Below are positions 19,130 through 29,287 of a stretch of DNA of 64,000 nt, in pieces (within the stretch, counting starts at the first letter, position 1; each line of letters opens with the position of its first letter). The stretch covers positions 288,001-352,000 of the forward strand of contig CAWIIP010000001.1 in NCBI GenBank assembly GCA_963836235.1, written 5' to 3'. Source of the DNA: an uncultured Pseudomonadota bacterium (GTDB lineage: Bacteria; Oederibacteriota; Muellerivitia; Muellerivitales; Muellerivitaceae). The notes below the pieces were generated by a model that was given only the letters and a program-made list of their open reading frames with translations, did no database searches and was not told where the DNA came from. The position numbers and the translations under genes were made by a program.

Positions 19130-19843
19130 CTCTGGGAACTTTAGCCTTGCTTAAGAAGAGGGAAGGAAAGAACCTCGAAACGTCCCCTGGAGCCAACTTG
19201 ACCTCTAGGGTTTAGGCTATGGCAAGGTTGGCGTCAATTTAAAGGCTCCTAGAGTTAAAGGCCTTTTATTCAGTCGTAATCTTCCCGAAAGTGACATCAA
19301 GTGTTACTTTAACTCTCTGAAAAAGACTTTATTTATCGAGCTTTTTTGTTGGGAAGAGAGTGATTTTGTTTAGTGGTGAATCCCCAAAGATGGGAAGTAA
19401 AAGTTTATCTTGGACGAACTCAGCTTAAACAAGATGGATCCCACTTATTTAGGGCTAAACAGGCTCATTTGAGCATTTTTCCTTATTTTGCGCCCTAATT
19501 TTATGAATGAAAAAGAAATCGTTCGGACCGAAAAAATCGATTTTTAGCAAAATCAGGGAACGTCTCAATGGTTATCCTCTTGAATTATCTTTCAAATAAA
19601 ACGGATTTAAATGCAAAAACAGGGAGTTTTAGCTGAATTTTTTTGCCAACCGAAAATTTCCTGACTTGAGAATGGAATGGAGTCTTTCTAAATGATTTTC
19701 ACGAAGGAAATACTCTGAAGAATGAAGACTTAAGCTGTTGGCGTTCGAAAAAAAGTATTTTAATCGATATGGAAAGCCAATTAATTGGTCCGAAAGAAGG
19801 GCAACCCGGTTGACCTTCCCCCAATATTCGATCCAAATTTAAG

Positions 19844-20690
19844 TTAGTTAAGGCCCAACTTTTCCATCTTTGCTTCCATCGGCGTCTTGCCGCCTAGGCT
19901 GCTGTGCGGCCTCTGCCAGTTATAAACCTGCCTCCACCAATCCACGACCACCTGAGCCTCCGCTTTCGACAGGAAAACTCTCCTGGTTCAGGCATTCATC
20001 CCTGAACTTTCCGTTGAAGCTTTCGATGAATCCGTTCTGCCAAGGACTCCCCGGCTCGATATATAACACCTGCACACCCTTTTCCTCAAGCCAGTTCCTC
20101 AGCTCCCAGGCCACGAACTCCGGTCCGTTATCCACCCGCATGTATTTCGGCGTCCCATGCTCCGTCATCAGCTCATCCAGCGTCTCCAGCACGTCTCGGC
20201 TTCTCAAGCGTTTCTCCGCCCGGATCTCCAGGCATTCCCGGCATCCCTCGTCCAAGACAGTCAGAAACTTCACCTTCCCGCCGAACCAGGTCAGGTCATG
20301 CACAAAGTCCATGGTCCACACTTCGTTTGAGCCCAAAGCCGGGTGAGGCCTTTTCCACTCTCTTGGAACCCGTTTCTTCCTGGGCCTCCTGCGAGGTAAT
20401 TGAAGCCCTGCTTCGTTGTACAGCCTCTCCACCTTCTTGTGGTTCACACCGAATCCCTGGCGTTCCAACATCCACAACATCCGCGGGCTTCCGAATCGTC
20501 GATTCCTTTGCGCTAACTTAACCATTTCCTCCCGGATCACCTGGTTCAGTGGGTCTTCCGGTCTAACCTCGTATCGAAAGCTCGACCGACTCACACCCAA
20601 AACCTTACAGGCTCGTCTTTCCGGCACTTCCTGAGCCTTCAAGGCTTCCACCATGCCTTTTTGTTCCTCGGTCAGTACCCCTTTTTTTTT
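19844..20690 (-). pseudogene. IS3 OrfB DDE transposase with a 1-bp frameshift near the 3' end
   Basis: WTMDF, VDNGPEF and FIESFNG intact. After CLNQE the canonical tail (VFLSKAEAQVVVDWWRQVYNWQRPHSSLGGKTP) continues in another frame to a stop at 19844. Confidence 0.8.
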
Positions 20691-20941
20691 ATGTGTTCTT
20701 GGAGGACTTGGATCGCCAGGGCTTGATCCCCGGCCAATTGCTTGAGTTTCCGGTTTTCCTCTTCCAGCTGCTTGATCCGGTGGACTTCGGAAACCCCGAG
20801 GCTTCCGTACATGCGTTTCCAGCGGTAGTAGGTTTGCTCGGAAATACCGTGTTTTCGGAGAACTTCTTCAACGGAGGGTGCTTTCTCCGCCTCGCGGAGA
20901 ATAGCCACTATCTGCTCGGACAAAAACCGTTTCTTCGCCAT
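20672..20941 (-). CDS. IS3 OrfA (HTH)
   Basis: KRF..EQIVAILREAE...KHGISEQTYYRWK, leucine zipper LEEENRKLK. Confidence 0.92.
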   Translation of the reverse strand: MAKKRFLSEQIVAILREAEKAPSVEEVLRKHGISEQTYYRWKRMYGSLGVSEVHRIKQLEEENRKLKQLAGDQALAIQVLQEHIKKKGY

Positions 20942-21009
20942 TTTTTCCTCCCGAATCTGATTTCTAAAGCTAACATATTTTTGGATCAGTTTTCGGGGGA
21001 AAGGTCACG

Positions 21010-21873
21010 GCTTCCGAAAATTTTCTAACTCTTGATGAAAAGGTTCGATTGGTGGAATTGCTTCAGGGGTTGGGGATTGAGCGGGTGAAGATTACCGGTG
21101 GCGAACCCTTGCTTTACCCGAATCTCGTCGAATTGGTCGAACGTTTGGCCCGATTGCCGCTGAAAGACTTGGGGCTGATTACCAATGGAACCCATTTGGA
21201 GGCCTTAGCCCAACCCTTAAGAAAAGCCGGCTTGAAGCGAATCACTGTCAGTTTGGATTCACTTGATGAGGGCCGGTTTAAATCCATGACCCGTGGCGGG
21301 AATCTGGAAAAAGTCTGGCGGGGACTTTTGGCGGCGGACCAGGCAGGGATGGCGCCCATCAAGATCAATTGCGTAGTCCTTCAAGAAAATAAAGAAGATG
21401 TAGTGGAGTTGACCCGCTTGACCATGGACCACGCTTGGGAAGTGCGCTTTATCGAATATATGCCCGTGACGGCTTCGGTCCATTTGGAGCGTTCTCAGGG
21501 CGTCCCACCCTTGGAAGTCCGAAGAATGATCGAAGAAAGGTTCGGCCCACTCGAGCCCGTTTCTGGTTATGCCCACGCGCCCTCGGCCGATTATCGCCTG
21601 CCGGGAGCGGCGGGCAAAATCGGATTCATCAGTTCGGTGAGGGATTCCTTTTGCTCCCGCTGTGACAGGCTGCGCCTTTCGGCGGACGGATTTTTGAAAC
21701 TTTGCATGGCCCACCCCGACGGGTTGTCCTTGAGGCCCCTTTTACGGGAAGGCGTTTCGGACGAAATCCTGAGGGAGCGGATATTGGAGGCGGTTTATCA
21801 CAAGCCAGAAGGCCATAGCTTTTGGTTCAAGGTTCCCGAATCCGAACAAGCCATGTCGAGGATAGGGGGATAG
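21010..21873 (+). pseudogene. moaA: GTP 3',8-cyclase MoaA, N-terminally truncated next to the IS
   Basis: ITGGEP, VSLDSL, RFIEYMP, C-terminal cluster CSRCDRLRLSADGFLKLC and MSRIGG end present. Radical-SAM CxxxCxxC motif absent. Confidence 0.85.
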
Positions 21874-22000
21874 GTTCGAAGCGCAATCTTCCAGTTGGCT
21901 TGGAGAGAAGACTAGCTGGGGTATAAAGTAACGTATTCGGTCTAGTGACTTAGATTGGCAAAGTGACTGTGAAATCATAGGTTGCTTGCTGGAGGACTCC

Positions 22001-22798
22001 ATGAAATCGGCCGTTTTTCTCCCCGGATTGCTGGCCTTTGTTTTTTTGATTTTGCCCAAACCGGTTTTACCCTACGACTCCTATCAAATGCCCCCTTCCA
22101 CGGGCCAGGATCTTCCCAGTTCCGTTCAAAACAGGATTCTCCTCAAACATTTATTCGATAATCCGAATATCCCCGGTAGCGAAGTCATTGCCACCGAAAG
22201 GGAAAGAGGAGTGGACCAAATCGACACGGGGGAATTGGGCGGGGTCCGAATCGGGGATGTGTTAGCTCTTTTTACCCCGAAGGGTGAACCGGTGGGTTTT
22301 ATCCGAATCGTGAATTTGCAAAGATACACCGCTTCCTTCGAATACCTGGAATTAACCGTGGATCCGGCCACGGATTTAGTGGTGAAAAAGATCAATTCGG
22401 CCATTCAAAGGCGGCTTCCGAAAAGATTTTTCACCTTCCAAAATCGGAAACCTTTGCGTCAAACCGGGCCTATCGCCTCGAAAAAAAAGGCCAAAGCCCT
22501 CTTTTCAAATTCAAAGCCGCCTAAAGCTGGGGTAATCCCCTTGCCACCCTTGCCCAGCGATGAAACCACGGTTTCCAGCGGTTCCCATCTTCCTCCGGTG
22601 CCGGGAGACGGGCCCATGGGTTCCGCCAAGAATCTTCCGCCCCTGCCACTAGGTAACTCCGGTTCGAACAGCTATCCCTTGGAACTGGCCCCGCCGAAAG
22701 GGGACATGCCTCCTTTGCCGAACGGACAAAACCCTTCTTCTGCCGCCGTGCCCTCCGCTGGATCCCTGAATTTACAGCCATTACCGCCTTCAAAGTGA
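22001..22798 (+). CDS. Secreted hypothetical protein, FlgT-C-like beta domain plus Pro-rich tail
   Basis: GGAGG RBS, signal peptide, IDTGELGGVRIGDVL...VGFIRIV, repeated LPPLP. Confidence 0.6.
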   Translation: MKSAVFLPGLLAFVFLILPKPVLPYDSYQMPPSTGQDLPSSVQNRILLKHLFDNPNIPGSEVIATERERGVDQIDTGELGGVRIGDVLALFTPKGEPVGFIRIVNLQRYTASFEYLELTVDPATDLVVKKINSAIQRRLPKRFFTFQNRKPLRQTGPIASKKKAKALFSNSKPPKAGVIPLPPLPSDETTVSSGSHLPPVPGDGPMGSAKNLPPLPLGNSGSNSYPLELAPPKGDMPPLPNGQNPSSAAVPSAGSLNLQPLPPSK

Positions 22799-22873
22799 AA
22801 GGGCGGGTAGTGGGTCAATTTGAATTTGGTTGTCATTGCGAGGATCAGCCCCAATTGGGGCAAAGGTCCTGGT

Positions 22874-24553
22874 TCACATTTCGTTAAAGAGATGCCGCAT
22901 TTCTTTGCGTTCCTCGTAGTTGACGGTCTGTTTGGCATTCTTGAGGACCATATTCGCCGCGGTCCCCAACACAGAACCCGATTCAACGCTTTCCGTCACC
23001 TTTTCCACTGCCCCTTTGACGAGGTCGAACAAGCCTGGGGTATGCGCCTGCGAATGACCCACCAGGTCATTCGCGCGGTTTGGCTGTGCTAATCCCGAAG
23101 AGGGATTAGCCGCCGGATTTGGCTTTGCCGATTCCAATGGGGGGTTAGGACCCACCGGATCATTAGTGGGGTTTGGCTTTGCTGGTTTCGGGGTTTTTAC
23201 GGCGATGGGCTTTTCAGGATTCAGCTTCGATAAGCGCTGTAAGCGTAACTTGAAGTCTTTTAAATAAACTTTTTGTTCTTCTGGGCTTTTTCCCATGAAG
23301 GATAAGTTGCTTTTGACTGCCTTGATCGCATGGGCTTTTTGGCCCGACAGGGCTTTTTGGCTGATGCCTTCCACGAGAGGGCCCGTTCCAAAGGTCGTCT
23401 CGAGATGGTTTTGGGTAGCCCGCTTGAAGGTTTCAAACTCCTCCCGCTTTTGGGCTTCTTTTTGAGCTTTGTTTTCAGCGGTCTCTGCCCGCAGGGTCTT
23501 GGCTTGCTCTTTAGCCGCCGCTTTTTGGGCCTTGAGCTGATCCTTGGCTTCCGTTGCTTTCCGCTTTTCCTCGGCCTGGGCAATTTGCTGGCCTTGTTCG
23601 ATGGCCTTCATCCGGCGGCCTTCGGTGGCCAAATCCGGCAGGGCTTGGGCAAAGCGGGGATTGGCTGGGGGTGAGTCAGGCATAAGGGCGGTTTCCTTGA
23701 GATGCTCAATGGCGGCCAAGGCGCTATAGACCGTTGTAGGGGCCTCGCTGGGGGCCATCTTGAGGCGCAATTCATAGCCGGTTTTACCCATGATAACCCG
23801 TACGTTAGCAGGCAGGTCCTTCCAAAGGGAAGCGAATGGATCGGTGGGGTCCTGAACCGGGCCATTGGACACCTTCTCCCCAAAGCTTTCGGGACTATTG
23901 CCTTTTTGGATCCAGGAGACCAGTTTTTGTACCTCGGATTCGGTCATTTCGAGGGCGATAACTACCGGGATGGCTTCTTCGATCTTTCGAGGGTCTTTCA
24001 AGAAGCTCAACTGATAGGCCATTTTTTGGGTCACCGAATCGGCTCCTGATTTTACACATTGGGAGTAAATCAGCTCCCGGGAAGCCTGGTTCAAAAAGGC
24101 CAGTGTTGCCACTGCCCGGCTAACTTCCTGCTGGGACACTCCTAATTCATCTGCCACCTGCTGTTGGGTTGGCTTTTGGGGGTGGTTGAGCCGCTTTTCA
24201 ATGGCTTGGTACCAGTCCAGCCAATGCATCTCCTCGCCCTTGTTGTCCATAATCGAGATCAGTTCGGCCTCTTCGGGGGTGGCGCCGCCTATCACCAAGG
24301 CATCCAAAGTTTTCCAGCCAAGCTCCAGGGCGGCTTGGTAGCGCAATTCGCCCCCCAGGATGAAATAGAGGGGATCGGTATCGGCCGTCCGCTCCTCAGC
24401 GGTCAAAGGGCGAAGTTTGACGGGGGTCAAGAGGCCATCAGCTTTCAGGGAGGCCTTTTTCCGCTCCACCATTTCCCGGGTGATCACCCGGCGAGGCTGT
24501 TGGGGATTCGGCTTGATCTCCGCGATGGGAATTTGCAGGTAATAAGATTTCAT
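22874..24553 (-). CDS. ParB/Srx N-terminal domain + HTH protein with long C-terminal extension
   Basis: IKPNPQQPR, GLLTPV, GGELRYQA, HTH TQQQVADELGVSQQEVSR. AAGGAG RBS. Confidence 0.8.
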   Translation of the reverse strand: MKSYYLQIPIAEIKPNPQQPRRVITREMVERKKASLKADGLLTPVKLRPLTAEERTADTDPLYFILGGELRYQAALELGWKTLDALVIGGATPEEAELISIMDNKGEEMHWLDWYQAIEKRLNHPQKPTQQQVADELGVSQQEVSRAVATLAFLNQASRELIYSQCVKSGADSVTQKMAYQLSFLKDPRKIEEAIPVVIALEMTESEVQKLVSWIQKGNSPESFGEKVSNGPVQDPTDPFASLWKDLPANVRVIMGKTGYELRLKMAPSEAPTTVYSALAAIEHLKETALMPDSPPANPRFAQALPDLATEGRRMKAIEQGQQIAQAEEKRKATEAKDQLKAQKAAAKEQAKTLRAETAENKAQKEAQKREEFETFKRATQNHLETTFGTGPLVEGISQKALSGQKAHAIKAVKSNLSFMGKSPEEQKVYLKDFKLRLQRLSKLNPEKPIAVKTPKPAKPNPTNDPVGPNPPLESAKPNPAANPSSGLAQPNRANDLVGHSQAHTPGLFDLVKGAVEKVTESVESGSVLGTAANMVLKNAKQTVNYEERKEMRHLFNEM

Positions 24554-24925
24554 AACTTTCTCCTTAATTCATTGATTTTGGGCCGGTAACCGCCCTGAGG
24601 CTCTCGAAGGGTTAAATCTTTCATGCACCCTTGATGGACAAAAGATATTTGGGGAGAATGCGTCCGTCAAATAAAAAGCATAGTGAAAAAGGTTTTCGCT
24701 TTAACCTTATCAAAACGTAGCACAAAATATGGCCGATTAAGGGATGCAAGGAGTTTTAAACATTCAAATCGCTTGCCTGGACCAACTTGTCTTTAGCTTT
24801 TATTGTTTAATTAATCGCTCTTTACAGTCTAGGGTTTCGATATATAGGACGATTAATTTTGTCCTTTTGATTTCTAATTTTTAACTCTTACTTGCAGGAG
24901 AAATCATGCATTCAAGGAGACGGGG

Positions 24926-26575
24926 TTGAGAAATTGGATAAATCAAATTTTCATATGTGGAATTCTGCTTTGTTTAGCGGGGTTGAATCCCACTTTTTCC
25001 GCAGGTTTAGAGGAAAAGGCTGGCGATTCGGCGTGGGGAAGTAAAGATTTAAGCTTGAATGACACCCCTCTCGTCAAAGTCCTCTACGCCACCGACCGGG
25101 CTCCCTCGACGAGTCCTGATCTTTTCTTCAATCAGCCCTCGAAGGGCCAAACAATGAGTTACGGCGAAACGGAAGTCGCTTTGGATCTGGCTTACCGGCG
25201 CAATAAGAATAAAGACGCCCGATGGCTTCGTTTCTTGCTACAAGGAAAGACAATTAATACTTTTTTGGGGTCGGAGGAATTCAAGGGCCGGTTGGGGCGG
25301 GCCCGGAACCTTTCGAAGGACCGGACCTTTATTTTCGTTCATGGGTTCAATACCACCTTCCGGGACGGGGCTCTTTTCGCGGCTCAGATCGCCTATGACC
25401 TACAATTGGAAGAGACGCCCATTCTTTACAGCTGGCCTTCAGCCGCCTCGGTTTTTGCCTATAACCAGGACCATGAAATGGTTCAAGAGAACCCCCAAAC
25501 CCGGGCGAACCTGGTGGAGTTCTTGAAAAACATCGCCGCCCATCCGCCCGCCAAGGAAATCAACCTGGTCGCCCACAGCATGGGTTGTTACCTTTTATCG
25601 TTGGCCCTGGAAGATATCGTGAGGGACCCCCAATATGGGGCTGAATTTGTCAAAAAAATCCATTCGATCACGCTGATTTCCGCCGATATCTGCACGGTGG
25701 AATTCACCCGGGACGACGGGCAAAGTTCGGCAGGGAAGAAGGCCGCCGTGGAGGGCATCTATGACCGGTTAAAACCCTTTTTCAGGGACAAGATCACCAT
25801 TTACGCCTCGGCCAAGGATTGGGTGTTGGATTTTTCCGCCGCCGATGAGTCAATCAACCATAAATGCCCACGGTTGGGGCAGGCGGGCAAAAACCTGGTG
25901 GTATTGGACGGCATGACCACCATCGACGCGACTCAAGTAGCGTCCAACATGGATGAATTGGATTTGGGGCATAACCTGCCCAGCCACGACGGGGTCATCG
26001 ACGACCTTTACCTGACCCTGAACCAAGATTTAAAACCCGCCCAAAGGCTTCTGACCTGGCGGCAAAAGGACGGCCTGCCTTATTACGAAATTTTTGACGG
26101 GGTCCATAATCTGGAAAAAGTGGACGACTATAATTGGATTACTTTCGGAATGTCGGCCCAACTAGGGGTGGTGACCTACGATTTCACCAATCAATTCAAA
26201 TTGGACGCGACCTTTCTGGGTCGCTTTCAACTGGAAATTGGTACGGCCAAGGGCATACTGCCCTCCTTGGCCGACTTCCGACTGAACCTGGGGACCGAAA
26301 GATGGCGACCCTTTTTGAATTTTGGGGTCGAATATTTCGGGGCGGGAAGCGGCGCCGACGCGGTGACCTCCGGAGATCTGCGTGCGGGTTTGGGGTTGGA
26401 GATCATGACCGATACGGGCTGGGGCTTTGCCCTGGGTGAAAGCTGGACCTGCTGGAACTTGGGCTGGAGGGGGAATATCCAAAGCCAACCCACCATTGAT
26501 ACCTTAATTCACCAGACTTTCCCGAACGGGGAGCTTTATTTCCAACTCAGCAAGTATTTCGCCGTTCATATTTAA
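24926..26575 (+). CDS. Secreted alpha/beta hydrolase (DUF900-like) with C-terminal beta-barrel-like domain
   Basis: VLYATDR, FVHGFN, YSWPS, AHSMG nucleophile elbow, RLGQ. C-terminal amphipathic strands. Confidence 0.8.
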   Translation: MRNWINQIFICGILLCLAGLNPTFSAGLEEKAGDSAWGSKDLSLNDTPLVKVLYATDRAPSTSPDLFFNQPSKGQTMSYGETEVALDLAYRRNKNKDARWLRFLLQGKTINTFLGSEEFKGRLGRARNLSKDRTFIFVHGFNTTFRDGALFAAQIAYDLQLEETPILYSWPSAASVFAYNQDHEMVQENPQTRANLVEFLKNIAAHPPAKEINLVAHSMGCYLLSLALEDIVRDPQYGAEFVKKIHSITLISADICTVEFTRDDGQSSAGKKAAVEGIYDRLKPFFRDKITIYASAKDWVLDFSAADESINHKCPRLGQAGKNLVVLDGMTTIDATQVASNMDELDLGHNLPSHDGVIDDLYLTLNQDLKPAQRLLTWRQKDGLPYYEIFDGVHNLEKVDDYNWITFGMSAQLGVVTYDFTNQFKLDATFLGRFQLEIGTAKGILPSLADFRLNLGTERWRPFLNFGVEYFGAGSGADAVTSGDLRAGLGLEIMTDTGWGFALGESWTCWNLGWRGNIQSQPTIDTLIHQTFPNGELYFQLSKYFAVHI

Positions 26576-26593
26576 TAAAACTAATCAGGTTTA

Positions 26594-27253
26594 ATGGATC
26601 GAGTCCTAGGGTATAGTTTAAAAATGATCCACCGCCGCATCCTCATGCTTCATAAACCCAAAGGGTATGAAGTCACTCGTCCGAAAACCCTTGCGATTGA
26701 AGCCTATCCCGGGCAGAAAACCGTCTACGCGCTTCTTTCGCCGGAATTCCACGAAGAACGCTGGATGCCGGTGGGACGGTTGGACAAGGACTCGACAGGT
26801 CTTTTGCTATTCGTAAAGGAAGGTTTTCTCGTTTCGGGCCTGCAAAAACCCCACAATGTTGATAAGGTCTACGAGGTTTTGACTTGGGGCCTGGTACGGC
26901 CCGAACACCTGGAAAAGATGCTATCCGGCGTAGAAAATGCCATTGGACTACTCAAGGCGAAGACGGTTGAGATTTTGGACGAATCGGGACATCAAACAAA
27001 AGTGAGGGTCGTGTTGGGGGAAGGGAAGAACCGGCACATCCGCCGGATGTTCGCCGGATTGAGGGATTTCACGACCAATCGGCCAATAAAAGTGTTGGAG
27101 TTGAAACGCATTCAAATGGGTCCTTTAAACCTGGACGTTGAACCCGGAACATGGCGGTTCTTGACCGAGGCGGAAACAGAAGTTCTTTTGAAATGCATCC
27201 CACCCAAAAAACGATCGGCATCTATTCTTTTGGGTGATAAGGTTCTACCGTAA
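26594..27253 (+). CDS. Pseudouridine synthase (RsuA/RluB/RluE family)
   Basis: HKPKG, PVGRLDKDSTGLLL, EGKNRHIRRM motifs. Confidence 0.92.
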   Translation: MDRVLGYSLKMIHRRILMLHKPKGYEVTRPKTLAIEAYPGQKTVYALLSPEFHEERWMPVGRLDKDSTGLLLFVKEGFLVSGLQKPHNVDKVYEVLTWGLVRPEHLEKMLSGVENAIGLLKAKTVEILDESGHQTKVRVVLGEGKNRHIRRMFAGLRDFTTNRPIKVLELKRIQMGPLNLDVEPGTWRFLTEAETEVLLKCIPPKKRSASILLGDKVLP

Positions 27254-27327
27254 ATCATCCGCTGGAGGGTTGGGCGGAATTTAAACGAATGATTTTGAAG
27301 AAAGGAAAGAGGCTCGTGGTAAAACCT

Positions 27328-29277
27328 ATGAAGAGATTAGGCAGGACAGCGGTACTCTTCATCAGTTTTCCCATTGCGGGAGCTTGGTGCCAGACGGCCA
27401 CGCCAACGGTTCTTCTTTCTGATTCGGTTTCGCAAATCACCCCCTCTCCCAGCCCGACCGTAGAAACTTACGAAATGCAGGAAGTGGTGGTTACCAGCGA
27501 TAAGGATACCGGGGATGTCATCGCGGGAAAGGCTTTGGATTCATTAAAAGCCAACAGCCGACTTTCGGATTTGCTGGATCAAAACGCGGGAGTGGAAACC
27601 GAAGGGTTGGGCATCGCCAAGAGTTTCTCCAACGTTAGCGTCCGGGGATCGGCCACCAACCAAACTTTGATCCTCTTGAACGGTCAAAGGACCAACCAGG
27701 GGTTCGATTTGGGCATGATCCCCACCGAGGACATCGAGCGCATCGAGGTCATCAAGGGCCCCGCTGCCCTAGCCTACGGCCCCGACGCCACGGGAGGCGT
27801 GATTAACGTCATTACTCGTGTCAAAAACCAAGAAGGAAGTTTCGCCACATCGGTGGGGGACTTTGGCACTTACCAGATTCACTGCTCCACGGGGGATTGG
27901 AACCTGGGGCCCTGGCAAGGTTCATTCGGCGGGAATGGTTTTAACACCAACGGCTATACCGCCAATACCGATGAAGTTAATTGGGAGCTGGACCATTCCT
28001 CACGTTTTCGCTTGGGGGCCGACCAACTGGCCTTGACGGCCAATTACGTTTATAAAAACGGCGGGTCTCCCAATGGGGACAGCCTGTCCGCCTTCGATAC
28101 CGGCCAATTCGACACCGATGACCGGGAGAAAAAAGAAGCCTTTTCCACGATCCTAAGCGATGAACGGCCGATTGGGGATTGGAATTTCAATCCGTCCTTT
28201 TCCTATAACTACGCGAACGTCTTTCGCCTCAATCCCTTGGGCGGTGATTCCATCGCCGGAGTCCCGCAGACCGACCGGAATATTTACGATACCTATGACT
28301 TCCTCGCGGCTCTTTCCAACAAATGGACCGGCTGGTTTCGTTCCCTCTCTTTTGGCTTTGAGTTCCGCAGCGAACAAGTCACTGGTTCCGAAGGTTTGGC
28401 CGATGGAGTCCGGTCCGATGACGTGACTTCCTTTTCGGCCAAAGGCCTTCTGGCCCCCACCCAAAAGCTTTCGCTGGAATGGAGTGGAAGGCTGGACTGG
28501 TACAACAGCTACCACCAGGCGTCTTTTAATCCCGAGGGAACATTGAAATACGAATGGACCCAGGATCAGGACATCTTTTTCTCCGCCGGCACTGGGTTCC
28601 GTTATCCTGATTTCGACGAACTGTACCATCCCACCATCGCCTATATCACTGGGCCCGAAACACCTGTGGAGTTTGGCGCGGGTGAGACGGGCAATTCTGA
28701 TTTACAACCCGAAGAATCCGTGAATTTGGAAAGCGGCACGGATTTGAAATGGGGTGCCATGACCTGGAAAATCAGCGGCTTTTTGAATCTCTATGACAAT
28801 CTCATTGTTCCGGCCCAGGATGCCAACGCATATTGGTCTTTTGAAAATATTGAAAAGGCCCGGTTAATCGGCCTGGAAACCAACCTGAATTGGGACTTTT
28901 TAAAATGGGGGTCATTTTATGGGGGATATACCTTCGTGGATTCCAGGAATACTGAAGACAATACGCTTATTCAGGGTCGTATGCGCGATAAGGTAAGCGG
29001 TGGGTTCCTATTCCGTTTATGGAAAGACACGGAACTGAATATTTACGATCAATATGTGGACCGCAATCCGGCCATCTACACTGGACTCCAGGATTCTCCA
29101 CCCGTGATTATCGCTTCAGCTTATTCCATATTGAACATCGATTTCAAAACTCAATTCGGAACCGATACCAAGGCTTTTCTTTCCTTCAAGAATCTTTTAA
29201 ACCAGCAATATGCCACGGTGCAGGGCCTGCTGATGCCCGGAAGATATTTTGAGGCCGGAACCACGGTGAATTTTTGA
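27328..29277 (+). CDS. TonB-dependent receptor (BtuB-like architecture)
   Basis: EVVVTS TonB box, plug SVRG...IERIEVIKGPAALAYGPDATGGVINVIT, GNSDLQPEES, NLLNQQY...PGRYF...F end. Confidence 0.92.
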   Translation: MKRLGRTAVLFISFPIAGAWCQTATPTVLLSDSVSQITPSPSPTVETYEMQEVVVTSDKDTGDVIAGKALDSLKANSRLSDLLDQNAGVETEGLGIAKSFSNVSVRGSATNQTLILLNGQRTNQGFDLGMIPTEDIERIEVIKGPAALAYGPDATGGVINVITRVKNQEGSFATSVGDFGTYQIHCSTGDWNLGPWQGSFGGNGFNTNGYTANTDEVNWELDHSSRFRLGADQLALTANYVYKNGGSPNGDSLSAFDTGQFDTDDREKKEAFSTILSDERPIGDWNFNPSFSYNYANVFRLNPLGGDSIAGVPQTDRNIYDTYDFLAALSNKWTGWFRSLSFGFEFRSEQVTGSEGLADGVRSDDVTSFSAKGLLAPTQKLSLEWSGRLDWYNSYHQASFNPEGTLKYEWTQDQDIFFSAGTGFRYPDFDELYHPTIAYITGPETPVEFGAGETGNSDLQPEESVNLESGTDLKWGAMTWKISGFLNLYDNLIVPAQDANAYWSFENIEKARLIGLETNLNWDFLKWGSFYGGYTFVDSRNTEDNTLIQGRMRDKVSGGFLFRLWKDTELNIYDQYVDRNPAIYTGLQDSPPVIIASAYSILNIDFKTQFGTDTKAFLSFKNLLNQQYATVQGLLMPGRYFEAGTTVNF

Positions 29278-29287
29278 TGGGGGAATC

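Larger units (their letters stand above)
19811..21007 (-). mobile_element. IS3-family insertion sequence (IS407-group-like), ~1.2 kb
   Basis: Terminal IRs TGACCTTCCCCCAATATTCGATCCAA (19811) and TGACCTTTCCCCCGAAAACTGATCCAA (reverse, ending 21007). orfA/orfB with A9G slippery site at 20681-20690. Flanks CGGT/CGGC (imperfect 4-bp DR). Confidence 0.92.

Noticed and set aside
21874-22000. Possible riboswitch (GGCAAA plus small stems) before the Pro-rich gene
   Set aside because: The second conserved element of the c-di-GMP-I motif is absent and the stems are weak.
22800-24925. parS sites around the ParB-like gene
   Set aside because: No match to TGTTTCACGTGAAACA seen by eye.
27254-27327. Cobalamin riboswitch ahead of the BtuB-like receptor
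   Set aside because: The intergenic space is too short and has no B12-box motif, so the substrate is left unassigned.
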